64,000 nt of DNA from Solirubrobacterales bacterium (GTDB taxonomy: Bacteria; Actinomycetota; Thermoleophilia; Solirubrobacterales; 70-9): the NCBI GenBank assembly GCA_046330315.1, contig JAXLSZ010000012.1, positions 398 to 64,397 on the forward strand. The letters are read 5' to 3'. How positions within the stretch are numbered: the stretch's first letter is position 1; every line of letters begins with the position of its first letter. Below, piece by piece: positions 61,963-64,000 of this stretch. Below the pieces are notes generated by a model. It was not told the origin of the DNA. It ran no database searches and was given only the letters and a program-made list of their open reading frames with translations. Made by a program: the position numbers and the translations under genes.

Positions 61963-63287
61963 AACCGTTCGAAACCGCGGAAGTGCTCCCAGTCGGTCAC
62001 CACCGCCTCGAAGGCGTTGATCTCGACCTGGGCGCGGTTGAGGTAGTGCTCGATCACCTCGCCCCCGAAGGACTCCCGGGCGACCTCGCTGCGGGCGAAC
62101 AGCTCGCGGGCGTCGTAGATGTTGTGCGGCACCCGCGGCGAATCGGAGACGTAGGCGTTCCCGGCCATCGGGGGCGGGAGCTCCAGCCCGGAGTCGATCC
62201 CATGGAGGCCGGCCGCGATCATCGCGCTCAGCGCCAGGTAGGGGTTGACGTCGGCGCCGGGCAGGCGGTTCTCGACCCGCAGCGAGGGGCCGTGGCCGAC
62301 CACCCGCATCGAGCAGGTGCGGTTGTCGTTGCCCCAGGCGACCGCGGTCGGCGCGAAGGAGCCGGGAGCGAACCGCTTGTAGGAGTTGATGTGGGGGGCG
62401 TAGAGAAGCGTGAACTCGCGCAGGCAGGCGAGCTGCCCCGCGAGGAAGCGGTCGAACAGCTCCCGGTCGGCCCCGAACGCGTTGCTCCCGTCCTCGGCCG
62501 CCAGCGAGCAGTGGATGTGGCACGAGTTGCCCTCGGCCTCGTTGAACTTCGCCATGAAGGTGATCGAGCAGCCCTCCTGGGAGGCGATCTCCTTGGCGCC
62601 GTTCTTGTAGATCGCGTGCTCGTCGGCCTTCCGCAACGCCTCCCCGTAGCGGAAGTTGATCTCGTGCTGGCCGAGGTTGCACTCGCCTTTCGAGTTCTCC
62701 ACGACCATCCCGGTCGCGGCCATCTCGTTGCGGATGCGCCGGATCAGCGGCTCTACCCGGGCGCTGCCCAACAGCGAGTAGTCGATGTTGTAGAGGTTGG
62801 CCGGTTCGAGGTCGCGGAACCCCTTTCGCCAGGCCTCCTCGTAGGAGTCGTTGAAGACGATGAACTCCAGTTCCGTGCCGGCGTTGGCGCTCATCCCGCG
62901 CTCGGCCAGCCGCCCGAGCTGGCGGCGGAGGATCTGGCGGGGAGAGGCGACCACGTCCTCGCCGTCTGGCCACTGCAGGTCGGCCATCAGCATCACCGTG
63001 CCCTCGTGCCAGGGCACCGGTCGGAGCGTCTCGAGGTCCGGCTTCATCACGAAGTCCCCGTAGCCCTGCTCCCACGAGGACATCGCGTATCCCCCGACCG
63101 TTTCCATGTCCACGTCCACGGCGAGCAGGTAGTTGCAGCCCTCGGCGCCATGCTCGATGACCTCGTCGAGGAAATGCGACGCGGTCAGCCGCTTGCCCTG
63201 GAGGCGCCCCTCCATGTCGGCGATCGCGAGGAGCACGGTGTCCACCGTGCCCTCCGCGACTGCCTTGTTGAGCTCGTCGAGCGTCAC
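61959..63287 (-). CDS. Glutamine synthetase family protein (gamma-glutamyl-polyamine synthetase, PuuA/GlnA3-like).
   Basis: ORF 61959..63287: GTELEFIVF, ENSKGECNLGQHEINFRY, FMAKF...GNSCHIH, APHINSYKRF, WGNDNRTCSMRV, ENRLPGADVNPYL. Confidence 0.85.
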   Translation of the reverse strand: MTLDELNKAVAEGTVDTVLLAIADMEGRLQGKRLTASHFLDEVIEHGAEGCNYLLAVDVDMETVGGYAMSSWEQGYGDFVMKPDLETLRPVPWHEGTVMLMADLQWPDGEDVVASPRQILRRQLGRLAERGMSANAGTELEFIVFNDSYEEAWRKGFRDLEPANLYNIDYSLLGSARVEPLIRRIRNEMAATGMVVENSKGECNLGQHEINFRYGEALRKADEHAIYKNGAKEIASQEGCSITFMAKFNEAEGNSCHIHCSLAAEDGSNAFGADRELFDRFLAGQLACLREFTLLYAPHINSYKRFAPGSFAPTAVAWGNDNRTCSMRVVGHGPSLRVENRLPGADVNPYLALSAMIAAGLHGIDSGLELPPPMAGNAYVSDSPRVPHNIYDARELFARSEVARESFGGEVIEHYLNRAQVEINAFEAVVTDWEHFRGFERL

Positions 63288-63330
63288 GCCCGAATCCTCT
63301 CACCCGCCGGGACCCGGCGGGCCGCCGGGC

Positions 63331-64000
63331 TCAGGGCGCCTCCGGGAAGGGTGGCGGTGGGCCGATCGCCTCCTCGACCTCGACCTCGCGGATCGGGCCC
63401 TTGAAGTGATTTCGAGCGCTGATCAGCCACCAGGCGCCCACCGCCAGGATCACCAAGAGCACGGTTGCGGGCGCGTAGTTGAAGAACTTCCAGTCGAAAG
63501 ACGAATCCCAGGGCACAGCAACCGGTGCCGTCGGGAGGCTGAAGATGATCACGCAGATGATCACCCAGATCACGGCGGCCGGGTTCACCCACTTGTACTT
63601 CGAGCCCAGGGTCCAGGGTCCGGGCTCGAAGCTGTCGCCCTTGCGCCACCTCAAGTAGACCGGGATCACGTAGGCGATGTAGAGGCCGATCACGGCGATC
63701 GAGACCACCGCCACGAAGGCGTAGGTGTAGTTGTTCTCGTCTCCGATCAGAGCGGGCAGGGTCACCACCCAGGCGACGAATGCCATGAACAGCACCGAGA
63801 GGTGCGGGATCCTGTGGTGGTTGAGCCGGGTCCACAGGCGGTGCCCGGGCACCGCCCGGTCGCGGGAGAACGCGTAGTTCATTCGCGAGGCGCTGGTCAG
63901 GCATGACATCCCGCAGAACAGCTGGCCGATGGTCGCGATCAGGATGACCATCTTCGCCGCCCACGGGTCCAGAGAGCTATCGAATATCGCCAGGGATGAG
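63331..64000 (-). CDS. APC-family amino acid/polyamine permease, 3' part. The gene continues past the right edge.
   Basis: ORF 63331..63951 plus open frame to 64000: ATIGQLFCGMSCLTSASRMNYAFSRDRAVPG..., multiple hydrophobic helices. Confidence 0.75.
   Translation of the reverse strand, partial: SSLAIFDSSLDPWAAKMVILIATIGQLFCGMSCLTSASRMNYAFSRDRAVPGHRLWTRLNHHRIPHLSVLFMAFVAWVVTLPALIGDENNYTYAFVAVVSIAVIGLYIAYVIPVYLRWRKGDSFEPGPWTLGSKYKWVNPAAVIWVIICVIIFSLPTAPVAVPWDSSFDWKFFNYAPATVLLVILAVGAWWLISARNHFKGPIREVEVEEAIGPPPPFPEAP

Overview
This is a high-GC (~70% by eye) actinobacterial-type chromosomal segment. A Thermoleophilia or Rubrobacteria-like source is only a guess. Genes are tightly packed, and many stop/start overlaps (ATGA, GTGA, TTGA) indicate operons. 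Most long ORFs in the six-frame track are antisense or off-frame shadows typical of GC-rich DNA. I kept only ORFs with recognisable protein-family sequence or clear gene-like organisation.

Content, left to right:
- A lipase and penicillin-acylase pair.
- A TolB-like beta-propeller gene.
- A redoxin operon, a universal stress protein (Usp) gene and a flippase-like membrane protein.
- A three-gene operon: multi-cluster radical SAM enzyme, methyltransferase, DUF547.
- A haloalkane-dehalogenase-like hydrolase.
- An extracytoplasmic-function (ECF) sigma factor flanked by two small zf-HC2 proteins.
- Small stress and regulator genes, a GH31 glycosidase and a hemerythrin.
- A ~4.9 kb integrase-less island at tRNA-Glu bounded by 24-bp direct repeats, followed by tRNA-Leu.
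- A second ECF sigma/anti-sigma pair.
- Two tandem secreted paralogs.
- A six-gene mce cluster with no yrbE permease genes.
- An acetone-carboxylase-like locus. Its alpha and gamma subunits are fused, and its two genes are separated by a 2.4 kb insert flanked by a dispersed hairpin repeat.
- A sulfate ABC transporter (cysPTWA) with an Rrf2 regulator.
- An M23 peptidase behind a ydaO-type cyclic-di-AMP riboswitch.
- A puu-like gamma-glutamyl polyamine utilisation operon.

I did not see a recognisable defence system, CRISPR array, transposase or integrase.

The most unusual items:
- the radical SAM / methyltransferase / DUF547 operon;
- the GTGGGACCTC...AGAGGTCCCAC hairpin repeat family (7 copies in 3 loci);
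- the split and fused acetone-carboxylase-like locus;
- the degenerate tRNA-Glu island;
- several perfect GC-rich tandem repeats.

Two genes carry single-base frameshifts in short G/C runs. These may be assembly errors.

All family assignments come from reading the translated sequence by eye. No searches were run.
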